A stretch of DNA of 64,000 bases, from the NCBI GenBank assembly GCA_009778655.1, contig WRFZ01000180.1:7495-71494 (forward strand), read 5' to 3'. The notes beneath the pieces were generated by a model. That model did not search any database. It saw only the letters and a list, made by a program, of their open reading frames with translations, and was not told where the DNA came from. The position numbers and the translations under genes are program-made. Shown piece after piece: positions 8,922-18,985 of this stretch (its first letter is position 1; each line of letters begins with the position of its first letter). Source of the stretch: Candidatus Azobacteroides sp. (lineage in GTDB: Bacteria > Bacteroidota > Bacteroidia > Bacteroidales > Azobacteroidaceae).

Positions 8922-10955
8922 TTATTTCAACGACCAAGATACTCCGCCGACCAGCCAGAAGCCGGGTTGAGGAAGATTTCCCGTATCGTAATACGATTTA
9001 TCGAATAAGTTATTAACAGACAGATAAATATTTAGCAAGTTAATCTTCCGGTTCAATTTAACGTCCAAAAGGGCAAACGCGGGATACGCTTCTTCGGTGA
9101 AACTTCCGTTTTCGTATTTCGAATAAGAGCCTTCGCGCTTTTGCCATCGGAACTGCCAATCAACGCTTAATTCTTTCCAAACCGGATGCGACAGACCCGC
9201 AACGAATTTATGACGCAAATAATCCAATACGTAACCGGAAAATAATTCGCCGCTTTTTTTGGTTTGATCAATATACATGTAACTCAAATCAAGGCGTGTC
9301 GTTGTCAATGCCGGAACGATTTTTCGGAAAAACAACGAAGCATGGGCCTCAAATCCGATTTTATTTACGGTTGTCAGATTTTGTGATTTCCATTTCGGGT
9401 CATCCGGCCTTTCTTTTATCCAGTCTATCAGATTATTGCCTTGTGTATAAAATCCGGTCAAAGAAGCGATAAGCCACGATTGAGCGTATTTGGAGCCTAA
9501 TTCAAACGATTTTGATTTTTCCGGTTGGAGATCCGGATTTCCCTCATGACTCGGATCCGAATAATACAAATCCGTAAACGTCGGCATACGAGTGGCATTA
9601 TTCCAAGATGCAAATGTTTTTAAATGATTCGACCACCAATAAGCGACATCAATATTCGGATAAAATTCAAATTGCTTTTTGAAAAAACTGTTATAATTGG
9701 CAAGGATTCCGGCGCTGAAAGTAAAACCTTGATAAATATAAATATGTTCCAGAAAATAGCCGGTGTTGGTACGATTATCGGATTTGGTATATTTCCCGAT
9801 AGGTTCACTCAGCGGTTTTCCCAACACATTACTGAAAACGCCCTCGTTTCGGAGTTCTCCACCGAAATTCGTAATGCCTCCTTTCCATTTGTATTGCGTA
9901 TTAAGATTGAATCCCAACACTTCGGAATAGTGGTAATTATGTCCGGTGTACCAGGAAGGAATATCGGGCGTCCCGTTTCGGTATAATTGAAAACAATCGT
10001 AATGCCGGCTCCAGTACAGATGCGGAATAAATTTCAGTTTCGTTCCCGATTCGCCTTTGACCGAAGCAAAAAGGGAACGGGTATCGTCGAATTGATTAAA
10101 ATAAGACGGCGAATAAAAGGTATTGGCGCCGTAGGCTTTATCGTTGAAACCCAATTGAACGTTCAAATGAGAATTATCCGCATAGAAATTGCTTTGCCAG
10201 AACGCATTCAAAATTTTATAATCGCTATCGGGAATATATCCGTCGGAAGAGTTATATCCTGCCGAAAGGCTGTGTGTGGAAGTATTGGTTTTCAACGATG
10301 CGCGAGATTCCGCGCCCCAAAGTTCGTGCATTCCTCCTTCGGCTTTCAAGAAAACGCCGGTATCGGAATCTTTTTTCGTAATGATATTGATTCCTCCGGA
10401 AAAAGCGCCTGCTCCGTATATCAAAGAAGCCGGGCCTTGAATGATTTCGATACGTTCGATGTCGGAAAGATTGACCGGAAGGTCTAACGAATAGTGTCCT
10501 GTTTGAGGATTGGTGAGATTGGCTCCATCCAAAAGAATTGCGACTTGATCAAAAGTACTGCCTCGCACGGAGATGTCCGATAAAACGCCGTTGGCTCCCC
10601 GTTGGCGGACATCTAAACCAACGATACTTTTCAGTAAATCCTGAATACTCTGCGCCGGCTGTCGCGCAATCTCTTCGCGCGTGATTACCGTTACCGATTT
10701 AGCCGTTTGATTAAACGTCAATTCTGCTTTGGAAGAAGTGACCACCAATTCCTCCAGCTCTTGTTCCGGAACGGGAGTTTGAACCGACCGGTTTTCCTGC
10801 GCAGAGGTTTGCGTTACATGTGCAAAGGTCAACATGCAGCTCGTCACGACCCCGATGCTTACTACTTTATGCATACTGTTAAAAACAGCATACGCACGGT
10901 GGGCAAAACGCTTGAAGCGGTAAGCCTGCCGGGTTTCAATTTTTTTTTGTTTCAT
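8922..10955 (-). CDS. TonB-dependent receptor (BtuB/CirA-like, not SusC type)
   Basis: TonB box ELVVT, plug IERIEIIQGPASLIYGAGAFSGGINIITK, GNPDLQPE and VNNLFDK.Y; unusually long basic signal peptide. Confidence 0.92.
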   Translation of the reverse strand: MKQKKIETRQAYRFKRFAHRAYAVFNSMHKVVSIGVVTSCMLTFAHVTQTSAQENRSVQTPVPEQELEELVVTSSKAELTFNQTAKSVTVITREEIARQPAQSIQDLLKSIVGLDVRQRGANGVLSDISVRGSTFDQVAILLDGANLTNPQTGHYSLDLPVNLSDIERIEIIQGPASLIYGAGAFSGGINIITKKDSDTGVFLKAEGGMHELWGAESRASLKTNTSTHSLSAGYNSSDGYIPDSDYKILNAFWQSNFYADNSHLNVQLGFNDKAYGANTFYSPSYFNQFDDTRSLFASVKGESGTKLKFIPHLYWSRHYDCFQLYRNGTPDIPSWYTGHNYHYSEVLGFNLNTQYKWKGGITNFGGELRNEGVFSNVLGKPLSEPIGKYTKSDNRTNTGYFLEHIYIYQGFTFSAGILANYNSFFKKQFEFYPNIDVAYWWSNHLKTFASWNNATRMPTFTDLYYSDPSHEGNPDLQPEKSKSFELGSKYAQSWLIASLTGFYTQGNNLIDWIKERPDDPKWKSQNLTTVNKIGFEAHASLFFRKIVPALTTTRLDLSYMYIDQTKKSGELFSGYVLDYLRHKFVAGLSHPVWKELSVDWQFRWQKREGSYSKYENGSFTEEAYPAFALLDVKLNRKINLLNIYLSVNNLFDKSYYDTGNLPQPGFWLVGGVSWSLK

Positions 10956-11100
10956 GCTTAAAATTATTAAATTTACATTTTATGACCGTTTATTAAACGC
11001 CATTTTACACTTTATCGTATTTTTTTGGGAAATATTCGAAATATAATTATACATTTGCAGCTTGAAAATAAATTTATTTACTAATTTAAAATTTTTACTG

Positions 11101-11919
11101 ATGAAGTTGAAAACGATTTTGTTGAGTGGCGTATTCGCCTTATTGTCCGTAACCTGTATGTGGGGACAAAGTAATAAAATAAACATTGGCGTACGGGGAG
11201 GTCTTACTATTCCGAATCTTACGGCCATTGGTAAGACGACTGAGTTAAATAAAGATTACGCTACAACCGAGCGGTTTGGCGCAGCTATTTTTGCCGAATT
11301 TAAACTCAGTCCGTTATTCTCTATTCAACCCATGTTGGAATTTTCCGAAGAAGGCGCTAAGAAAAACAAGTTCCAAGCGTTTATTACTCCGGATGAATTG
11401 GCTCAGATTTATGGGCCGGAACAACAGTATTTGTATGCCGATTTTAAAAGCAATGCAAAATTGAATTATTTAATGTTGCCCGTGTTGGCAAAATTCGGAT
11501 GGAACCTTTCGCACACGAGTCCGTTTCGGGTTTATGTGGACGCCGGTCCTTTTGTGGGTTATTTGGTAAGCGCCAAGCAAATAATCAGCGGCGGCAATAA
11601 AACCGTTTATATGGATGCGAATGGAACGATACCAGCAATGATACCTGTTGGGGTTGATCCTGATACGTATGAACCAATAATGGCACAGCTTCCTCCTCAA
11701 CCTTTTGACAGAACGGAAAACATAAAAGATCAGCTGCATCGGGTTAGTTTTGGCTTTGAAGGGAATATAGGATTCCAATATCAAATCAAACGAAACATTA
11801 TTTTCATTGAAGGCGGCGGTAGTTACGGCGTGCTGAACATTCAAAAACAGACGACGATTATCGGTAAAAACAATTGCGGCGCAGGTACCGTAATGGTAGG
11901 TTATGCGTATGCGCTGTAA
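11101..11919 (+). CDS. Outer-membrane beta-barrel (porin/PorT-like family)
   Basis: Signal peptide, IGVRGG, SIQP.LEF, LNYL.LPVLAKF, GPFVGYLVSAK and C-terminal GYAYAL. TACATTTG promoter at 11050; start set to ATG 11101. Confidence 0.85.
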   Translation: MKLKTILLSGVFALLSVTCMWGQSNKINIGVRGGLTIPNLTAIGKTTELNKDYATTERFGAAIFAEFKLSPLFSIQPMLEFSEEGAKKNKFQAFITPDELAQIYGPEQQYLYADFKSNAKLNYLMLPVLAKFGWNLSHTSPFRVYVDAGPFVGYLVSAKQIISGGNKTVYMDANGTIPAMIPVGVDPDTYEPIMAQLPPQPFDRTENIKDQLHRVSFGFEGNIGFQYQIKRNIIFIEGGGSYGVLNIQKQTTIIGKNNCGAGTVMVGYAYAL

Positions 11920-11925
11920 AATGAA

Positions 11926-13185
11926 ATGAGTCGCTTTTTCAAAAACCAAGGAAACAAACACCACCCGGCCTATGAAGGGTTGGAAATCTTAAAATACATA
12001 GGCCCGGGAGTGCTTGTTACCATGGGTTTTATTGATCCGGGCAATTGGGCGACAAATATTGCAGCCGGATCAACTTTCGGATATTCGCTGCTGTGGATTG
12101 TTACTTTAGGAACCGTTATTCTGATTGTGTTACAACATAATGCCGCACACTTGGGAATTGTGACCGGTTTGTGTCTTTCGGAGGCGGTTACCAAATATAC
12201 GCGCCCCGCTGTTTCACGTAGTGTTCTCGGTAGCGCCATGTTGGCTTCTATATCCACTTCTTTGGCCGAGATATTGGGATCGGCCATTGCATTAGAAATG
12301 CTTTTTCATATTCCGCTCAAAATAGGAGCCGCTCTTTCGTCGGCATTGGTTATCATTCTGTTACTTACCAACTCTTATAAAAAAATCGAGCGATGGATTA
12401 TCGGTTTTGTATCGCTGATCGGCATTGCCTTTATTTACGAGTTATCGCTGGCTGACGTAGAATGGGCGCATGTGGCCAAAGGGGTGGTAACTCCTTCATT
12501 TCCGGAAGGCTCTCTCTTGATTATTCTCAGCGTATTGGGGGCGGTCGTGATGCCTCACAATTTGTTCCTTCATTCGGAAATAATTCAAAGCCGTCAATTA
12601 CAAACAAAAGATGATAAATCAATTCAAAAATTATTGAAATTTGAATTTGCAGATACCCTGTTTTCCATGATTCTCGGCTGGGCAATCAATTGCGCCATGT
12701 TCATTATGGCTGCCGCGATTTTCTTTAAATCCGGAAAACCGGTGGAAGAACTGCAAGATGCTCATCAACTGTTGAAGCCGCTGTTGGGCGACAATGCGTC
12801 GGTTATTTTTGCGGTTGCCTTGCTAATGGCGGGAATCGCTTCAACCGTCACGTCGGGTATAGCCGGCGGCTCTATTTTTGCCGGCATCTTTTCCGAGCCT
12901 TACGATATTAAAGACAGCCATTCCCGTTGGGGCGTTCTGCTCTCCATCATAGGCGCTTTGGTTGTTATCTTTTTTATATCCGACCCGTTTCAAGGATTGC
13001 TCATTTCCCAGATGTTGTTAAGTTTTCAACTGCCCGTTACCGTATTGGCGCAAGTATATCTTACGTCTTCCAAAGAAGTGATGGGTAAATATGCGAACGC
13101 CAAAGGATCGTCTCTGCTTATTTTAATAATGGCCATTGCCGTGATAGGAATGAATTTTGCTTTGCTGGCGGATGCGTTATTTTAA
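11926..13185 (+). CDS. mntH: Nramp-family divalent metal (Mn2+) transporter
   Basis: GFIDPGNW and GAVVMPHNLFLHS signatures. Confidence 0.93.
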   Translation: MSRFFKNQGNKHHPAYEGLEILKYIGPGVLVTMGFIDPGNWATNIAAGSTFGYSLLWIVTLGTVILIVLQHNAAHLGIVTGLCLSEAVTKYTRPAVSRSVLGSAMLASISTSLAEILGSAIALEMLFHIPLKIGAALSSALVIILLLTNSYKKIERWIIGFVSLIGIAFIYELSLADVEWAHVAKGVVTPSFPEGSLLIILSVLGAVVMPHNLFLHSEIIQSRQLQTKDDKSIQKLLKFEFADTLFSMILGWAINCAMFIMAAAIFFKSGKPVEELQDAHQLLKPLLGDNASVIFAVALLMAGIASTVTSGIAGGSIFAGIFSEPYDIKDSHSRWGVLLSIIGALVVIFFISDPFQGLLISQMLLSFQLPVTVLAQVYLTSSKEVMGKYANAKGSSLLILIMAIAVIGMNFALLADALF

Positions 13186-13320
13186 ATAAATTACATGCGG
13201 ACTACGCATTACAAAAAATAAACCTTTCCGCATTCTTCGAATTACAGATAAACAGACGAGAATTTTTCCTTCTTTCGGAAAAATCGTATATTTGTAGTTT
13301 ATTTATATATAAAAATTGAC

Positions 13321-15441
13321 ATGAAATCTTTTTATACAATACTCTATCTTTTGATAGCGCTTATATGTCAGACTATTACGGTAGTTGCATCACCCGCCTG
13401 TCCCGATTTGGTAAAAATGAAGCAACCGGACGGTACCATGATTTCTTTGTATTTGAAGGGTGATGAAAAAATGCACCGAATGGAGTCGGAAGACGGTTAT
13501 TCGCTTCTATACGATAACAATCGAACCATTGTATATGCGATTGCCAATGAAAAAGGCGATATGATTCCCTCTTCTGTCGCAGCGCGGGATATACCTTTGC
13601 GCTCTGCATCCGATCAGGCTTTTTTAAAAGAAGTTCCCAAACAATTAAATTACAGTCCGGCTCAAATCAATACCCTGCGAAGTATTTGGAAAATCGAGCA
13701 AAATTCTTTGGATACGGCTTCAGTCCAATGGCGCGCCGCAACGGGAGAAGTGCATGCGGTGTGTGCATTAATTGATTTTCCGGACAAGCCTTTTACGAGA
13801 ACGCGGGAGGAATTTAATAACCTGATGAATCAAACCGGATATAGCGCTTTCGGAGCTAAAGGCAGCGTCAATGATTATTATTTGGAAAATTCTTACGGAA
13901 AATTAAATTTAGTGATTACGGTTGCCGGGCCTTATACCGTATCAAAAAATTGGGATTACTATGGTGAAAATGATGCCGACGGCAACGACATACTCGAACG
14001 AGTTCAAGAATTTGCGGCGGAAGCGGCGCAGTTTACTTTTACCGACCCGACAATTCGTCCAGCAGACTTTGATAATGATAACAACGGAACTATTGACGCT
14101 TTTCATATTATTTATGCCGGCTACGGCGAAGAATCGGGCGGAGACCCTAATTCTATCTGGGCGCATGAATACAGACTTCCGACGACGCTTACGTTCGGAG
14201 GTAAAAGGTTAAGCATCTATTCCTGCTCGCCCGAATTACGCGGAAATTCGGGCGCTAATATTACGCATATCGGCGTTATTTGCCATGAAATGTGCCATAT
14301 TTTCGGCGCTCCGGATTTTTATGATACGGATGGAGACGGAAGCGGCGATGAATTTTTGGGAACAGGCAATTGGGATTTAATGGCCTCCGGAAATTGGAAC
14401 AACAGCGGCGCATGTCCGGCGCATATCAATATGTATCAGAAAATTCAATTCGGATGGGTAACTCCGACCGTTTTGGATCAGCCGCAAATTGTCGCCGATA
14501 TTCCCAATTCGGCAATGAATCCGGTCGCTTATCGCTACAATACTTCCGTAGCAAGAGAATATTTTATTCTCGAAAATCGCCAGCAAGTCGGATTTGACCG
14601 GTATGTGCCCGGAACCGGCTTACTGATTTATCATGTAAGCATTAGCAATATGGATATCCAAAATAACAGCGTCAATACGGGACACCCGCAAAAAGTATAT
14701 CCCGTTTGCGCTTCGGCAAGTACGAATCCGACGGGAACGCGTCTTTCCTACGGAAGCATCAATTCCGTCGGATGTCCTTTTCCCGGCATTTCCAAGAAAA
14801 CTTCGTTTACCGATTATACGATTCCTGCCGCTACGTCTTGGAGCGGAACAAATACCGAGAAGCCGCTTACCGATATTCAAGAACAAAAAGGGATTGTTTC
14901 TTTTCGATTTTCAATGCTTGATGCCGAGCCGGTAACTGATTTTCAAGCAAGTGTAGAAGATCAAACCGTGCAGCTGACGTGGGGCAAACCGTCGGAAGAC
15001 GTCACCGGTTACAACATTTATCGCAATGATTTACTCGTCATAAAACTGATCGGCAAGAATAATACTTCTTATTCTCAAACCAATTTAAGTTCCGGTAATT
15101 ACAATTACTGTATAACTGCTCTTTACGATAATGAAGAATCCGAATCGGCTTGCGTAAACGTTGTTTTGTCCGATAAGACTGCGCTTGATCCGATTCGTAA
15201 TCCGGAAGCGGAAATCGCCGTATATCCGAATCCGATCAAGAAGGGAGAAGCCTTAGTCATTCGGTGTGATCCGCAACCGATTTCAACGCTCCTGTTTTAT
15301 ACCGTTTTCGGTCAATTAATCAGTCAAGAACAAATAACCGAATCGGCTTTTTACAAAAAAATGGATTTTGAACCCGGCGTTTATCTGTTACAAATAAAAA
15401 GTCCCGAAAAAACATTCACTCGAAAAATTATTATTCAATAG
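13321..15441 (+). CDS. M6-family (immune inhibitor A-like) metalloprotease with Fn3 and T9SS C-terminal domain
   Basis: QPDG..GDE propeptide, GSVNDYY.ENSYG, HEMCHIFGAPDFYD zinc site, WDLMASG, GYNIYRN Fn3 and VYPNP...GVYLLQI...KIIIQ CTD. Confidence 0.92.
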   Translation: MKSFYTILYLLIALICQTITVVASPACPDLVKMKQPDGTMISLYLKGDEKMHRMESEDGYSLLYDNNRTIVYAIANEKGDMIPSSVAARDIPLRSASDQAFLKEVPKQLNYSPAQINTLRSIWKIEQNSLDTASVQWRAATGEVHAVCALIDFPDKPFTRTREEFNNLMNQTGYSAFGAKGSVNDYYLENSYGKLNLVITVAGPYTVSKNWDYYGENDADGNDILERVQEFAAEAAQFTFTDPTIRPADFDNDNNGTIDAFHIIYAGYGEESGGDPNSIWAHEYRLPTTLTFGGKRLSIYSCSPELRGNSGANITHIGVICHEMCHIFGAPDFYDTDGDGSGDEFLGTGNWDLMASGNWNNSGACPAHINMYQKIQFGWVTPTVLDQPQIVADIPNSAMNPVAYRYNTSVAREYFILENRQQVGFDRYVPGTGLLIYHVSISNMDIQNNSVNTGHPQKVYPVCASASTNPTGTRLSYGSINSVGCPFPGISKKTSFTDYTIPAATSWSGTNTEKPLTDIQEQKGIVSFRFSMLDAEPVTDFQASVEDQTVQLTWGKPSEDVTGYNIYRNDLLVIKLIGKNNTSYSQTNLSSGNYNYCITALYDNEESESACVNVVLSDKTALDPIRNPEAEIAVYPNPIKKGEALVIRCDPQPISTLLFYTVFGQLISQEQITESAFYKKMDFEPGVYLLQIKSPEKTFTRKIIIQ

Positions 15442-15451
15442 ATTAAAACTG

Positions 15452-18136
15452 ATGAAAATTCGCTTACAAATTAACTTCCACACAGTGTGGGGACAATCCC
15501 TTTATATTACGGGATCTTTGTTCGAATTAGGTTCTTGGGACACGGCTTCGGCTAAAGCCATGCAACACATAGGCGAAGGTAACTGGATATTTGAAATGGA
15601 TTTGCCTGATAAACCCGTTAGTTTTGAATATCGGTATTTTCTCCGTTCCAACAACCAATTTATATTTGAAGAATGGCAACGAAATCATAAACAAATTATT
15701 ACGGATACCAAACCGGACTACGTACTGATTGATTATTGGCAAAATCAACCGCAAAATACGGCTTTTTATTCTTCGGCTTTTTATAAAAGCTGGTTTGCGC
15801 ATCCTTGCGATAAATTCGAACGTATCGTTAAGTCCCAAAAGAAATTATGTATCAAAGTCTTGGCGTCCGAGATTGAACGTAATCAAAGCATAGCGGTAAT
15901 CGGTAACCAACCCGAATTAGGGAACTGGAATATCAATAAAGCATTGATTATGGCTTGCGACCATTTTCCGGAATGGTCAATTGAATTGGACGCGAGCGCG
16001 CTCTCCTACCCTATCGAATACAAATTCTGTATCGTTGAAAACGAAAGTAAATCATTAATTGAATGGGAAAAAGGCGATAACCGGGTTTTGGCTATTCCTC
16101 CCATCAACGAAAATGAAACCGGCATTGTTTCCGGATTACAGTTCCGAAAAGATTTCATCGAATGGAAATGTGCCGGAACCGTTATTCCGGTTTTTTCCCT
16201 CCGGTCGGAAACAAGTTTCGGTATCGGCGATTTCGGCGATATGAAAAAATGTATTGATTGGTTGAAATTCACTTCACAAAAAATTCTTCAAATCTTACCG
16301 GTCAACGATACGACTCAAACGCATACTTGGACCGATTCATATCCATATAATGCGATTTCCATTTACGCTTTACATCCGATTTATCTGAATTTGAATGCAA
16401 TGGGTGAATTGAATGCGACGGATCGGAAAATGTTTTACGAGAATATGCAGGCTTCGTTGAATGCGTCGGAAGAAGTGGATTATGAACAAGTAGATAAGTA
16501 TAAGCGGATGTTTTTCAGTGAATTATTTATTCAAGACGGAAATAAGACATTGCAATCTCCGGAATTTCTTTCATTCTTTGATAAGAATAAAGAATGGTTG
16601 ATTCCTTATGCCGCTTATTCATATTTGAGGGATAAATACCGTACCGGCGATTTTCGTTCTTGGAGAGAATACAGCCGATACGACCGGGAAGCAATCGAAA
16701 AATTTTGTCAACCGGACAAACCGCATTACTCGGAAATAGCGTTGTATTATTACTTGCAATTTCATTTGCACAAACAATTATCCGAAGTCAGAGAATATGC
16801 GCATTCCAAAGGAATTGTCTTGAAAGGAGATGTCCCGATCGGCATCAGCAAAACAAGTATCGAAGCTTGGACGGAACCGGAGTATTTCAACAGTCAATAC
16901 CAAACCGGCGCTCCTCCCGATGATTTCTCTTTAACCGGGCAAAATTGGGGTTTTCCAACTTACCGGTGGGAAAAGATGGAAGCGGATCATTATTGTTGGT
17001 GGAAAAAACGTTTTCGGAAAATGGAAGATTATTTTGACGCCTTTCGCATTGATCATATTCTCGGTTTTTTCCGAATATGGGAAATACCGGAAGATTCGGT
17101 TCAAGGACTTTTGGGTTGGTTCAGTCCGGCTTTGCCTTTCAGTGAAGAAGAGATAAAAAATTCGGGGTTCGATTTTGTCTTGGAAAAATATACAAATGCA
17201 CATATTAACGAACAATTTTTACCGGAATTATTCGGTGAATATACGGAAGAAGTGACTCAAATCTATTTGAATCGAACTTCTTCCCGGCATTTTGCATTGA
17301 AAGAGCCGTTCGATACGCAAATAAAAATCCAAACGCATTTTTCCGGAAAAGACGATAACAAAAGTCGGATCATTCAAGAAGGACTTTATGCCATTTGCAA
17401 CGAAGTATTGTTTATCAGAGATAAGCGCCGAAGCAATTATTTTCATCCGCGCATTTCGGCTTCTCATTCTTATATTTACAAAGAACTGAATCCGGCCGAT
17501 CAATACGCTTTCAACTATCTGTATCGGGATTATTTCTACCAGCGTCACAATGAGTTCTGGAAAGAGGAAGGATATAAAAAATTATTCCCGTTAGTCTCCT
17601 CCACCGATATGTTGGTGTGCGGCGAAGATTTGGGAATGATTCCGCAATGCGTACCGGAAGTCATGCAGAAACTTCAGATTCTCAGTCTGGAAATCGAACA
17701 AATGCCCAAGGAAATCAATCGGGAATTTACCGATTTGAATCATTTGCCGTATCTTTCGGTTTGTACGACTTCCACGCACGACATGCCTACGCTTCGATTG
17801 GAATGGAAAGAAAATCGGGAAAAAACGCAACGGTATTACAATGAAGTGTTAAAACGGGAAGGAAATGCGCCGAAAGAGTGTACGCCGGATATTTGCGAAC
17901 AAATTATTCTCAATCATCTTTACGCTCGTTCAATGTTAACCATTATTCCTTTGCAGGATTGGTTTTCTTTGGACGGAGATGTCCGCAAGAAAAACGACGC
18001 CGACGAACGAATAAATGTACCCGCTAATTCCACGCATTACTGGAAATACCGTATGCATCTCAATTTAGAAATTTTACTTAAAGCAGATAAATTAAACGAA
18101 AAAATAATCCGCTTAATTCAACAAACTCAACGATAA
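15452..18136 (+). CDS. malQ: 4-alpha-glucanotransferase (GH77) with two CBM20 domains
   Basis: Two CBM20-like repeats (ELG.W), FGIGDFGD, LKGDVPIG, GQNWGFP, FRIDHILGFFR, GEDLG and STHD. Confidence 0.94.
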   Translation: MKIRLQINFHTVWGQSLYITGSLFELGSWDTASAKAMQHIGEGNWIFEMDLPDKPVSFEYRYFLRSNNQFIFEEWQRNHKQIITDTKPDYVLIDYWQNQPQNTAFYSSAFYKSWFAHPCDKFERIVKSQKKLCIKVLASEIERNQSIAVIGNQPELGNWNINKALIMACDHFPEWSIELDASALSYPIEYKFCIVENESKSLIEWEKGDNRVLAIPPINENETGIVSGLQFRKDFIEWKCAGTVIPVFSLRSETSFGIGDFGDMKKCIDWLKFTSQKILQILPVNDTTQTHTWTDSYPYNAISIYALHPIYLNLNAMGELNATDRKMFYENMQASLNASEEVDYEQVDKYKRMFFSELFIQDGNKTLQSPEFLSFFDKNKEWLIPYAAYSYLRDKYRTGDFRSWREYSRYDREAIEKFCQPDKPHYSEIALYYYLQFHLHKQLSEVREYAHSKGIVLKGDVPIGISKTSIEAWTEPEYFNSQYQTGAPPDDFSLTGQNWGFPTYRWEKMEADHYCWWKKRFRKMEDYFDAFRIDHILGFFRIWEIPEDSVQGLLGWFSPALPFSEEEIKNSGFDFVLEKYTNAHINEQFLPELFGEYTEEVTQIYLNRTSSRHFALKEPFDTQIKIQTHFSGKDDNKSRIIQEGLYAICNEVLFIRDKRRSNYFHPRISASHSYIYKELNPADQYAFNYLYRDYFYQRHNEFWKEEGYKKLFPLVSSTDMLVCGEDLGMIPQCVPEVMQKLQILSLEIEQMPKEINREFTDLNHLPYLSVCTTSTHDMPTLRLEWKENREKTQRYYNEVLKREGNAPKECTPDICEQIILNHLYARSMLTIIPLQDWFSLDGDVRKKNDADERINVPANSTHYWKYRMHLNLEILLKADKLNEKIIRLIQQTQR

Positions 18137-18143
18137 TAAATAT

Positions 18144-18494
18144 CTAATTGAGCATTTTACAAGTGCCGTTAAAAGAAGCCCCCGGTTCTATTTCAATATA
18201 TTTGGCAACAATTTCGCCTGCAAATCGAACCGAGGCTTTTAAACTGGCCACTTCATATATCATAATATTACCGATAACGGTACCCATTAAGTCTGTGTTC
18301 TGGCATTGAATATTTCCGGTAATTTCAGCTTGAGGTCCGATAATCACCTTTCCCGTACACTCAATATTACCGTCCAACTTTCCGTCAATACGGAAATCTT
18401 CTTCTGCTTTAATATCGCCTTTAATATACGTTCCTACCGCCATTGCATTATGGGCGATCCCGGAGGATGAATTTTCTTTATTTCTCATGAACAT
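18144..18494 (-). CDS. Bactofilin (polymer-forming cytoskeletal protein)
   Basis: Repeated I.G.I...G beta-helix pattern; IEPGASFNGTC. Confidence 0.9.
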   Translation of the reverse strand: MFMRNKENSSSGIAHNAMAVGTYIKGDIKAEEDFRIDGKLDGNIECTGKVIIGPQAEITGNIQCQNTDLMGTVIGNIMIYEVASLKASVRFAGEIVAKYIEIEPGASFNGTCKMLN

Positions 18495-18586
18495 GCTTCA
18501 TTTTTTACCGGCAAATTTACAAATTATTTGTTAGAAATCAAATAATAAACTACTTTTGAGCATAATAAATAAAATATCTGTCAGCA

Positions 18587-18937
18587 ATGGAATGTATCGA
18601 ACTGAAAAAAATGATTTTTTATGCACGTCACGGGGTGATGGAACAAGAACGCATCGTAGGAAATAAGTATCGAATTGATTTGAAATTATTCCTTGATTTG
18701 AGTAAAGCCGTAGAGTCGGATAAAATAGAAGATACCGTGAACTATGCCGATATTTTCGGTACAGTCAAAGAAGAAATGGCAATCCCTTCTTACCTCTTAG
18801 AACATATCGCCGGAAGGATTATCCGAAAAATCAAACAGAAGTATCCGACGATTCAAAAAATCAAGATTCGTCTTGCCAAACTCAATCCTCCCATTGAAGG
18901 TGAAATCCGAGAAGCCGCCGTTATTATCACCGAATGA
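18587..18937 (+). CDS. folB: Dihydroneopterin aldolase
   Basis: FYARHGV..QE, DTVNY, LLEHIA and K.NPPI. Confidence 0.96.
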   Translation: MECIELKKMIFYARHGVMEQERIVGNKYRIDLKLFLDLSKAVESDKIEDTVNYADIFGTVKEEMAIPSYLLEHIAGRIIRKIKQKYPTIQKIKIRLAKLNPPIEGEIREAAVIITE

Positions 18938-18985
18938 AAAAATTACGCTACGCATCAAATCCATAGTGAACACGACAAATTGACG

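Noticed and set aside
8719-8937. 72-aa ORF on the - strand
   Set aside because: It runs through a palindrome and AT-rich spacer and overlaps both neighbours; no recognisable protein features
10956-11100. Cobalamin or TPP riboswitch upstream of the BtuB-like receptor
   Set aside because: The spacer is short, AT-rich and shared by divergent promoters, with no conserved riboswitch boxes
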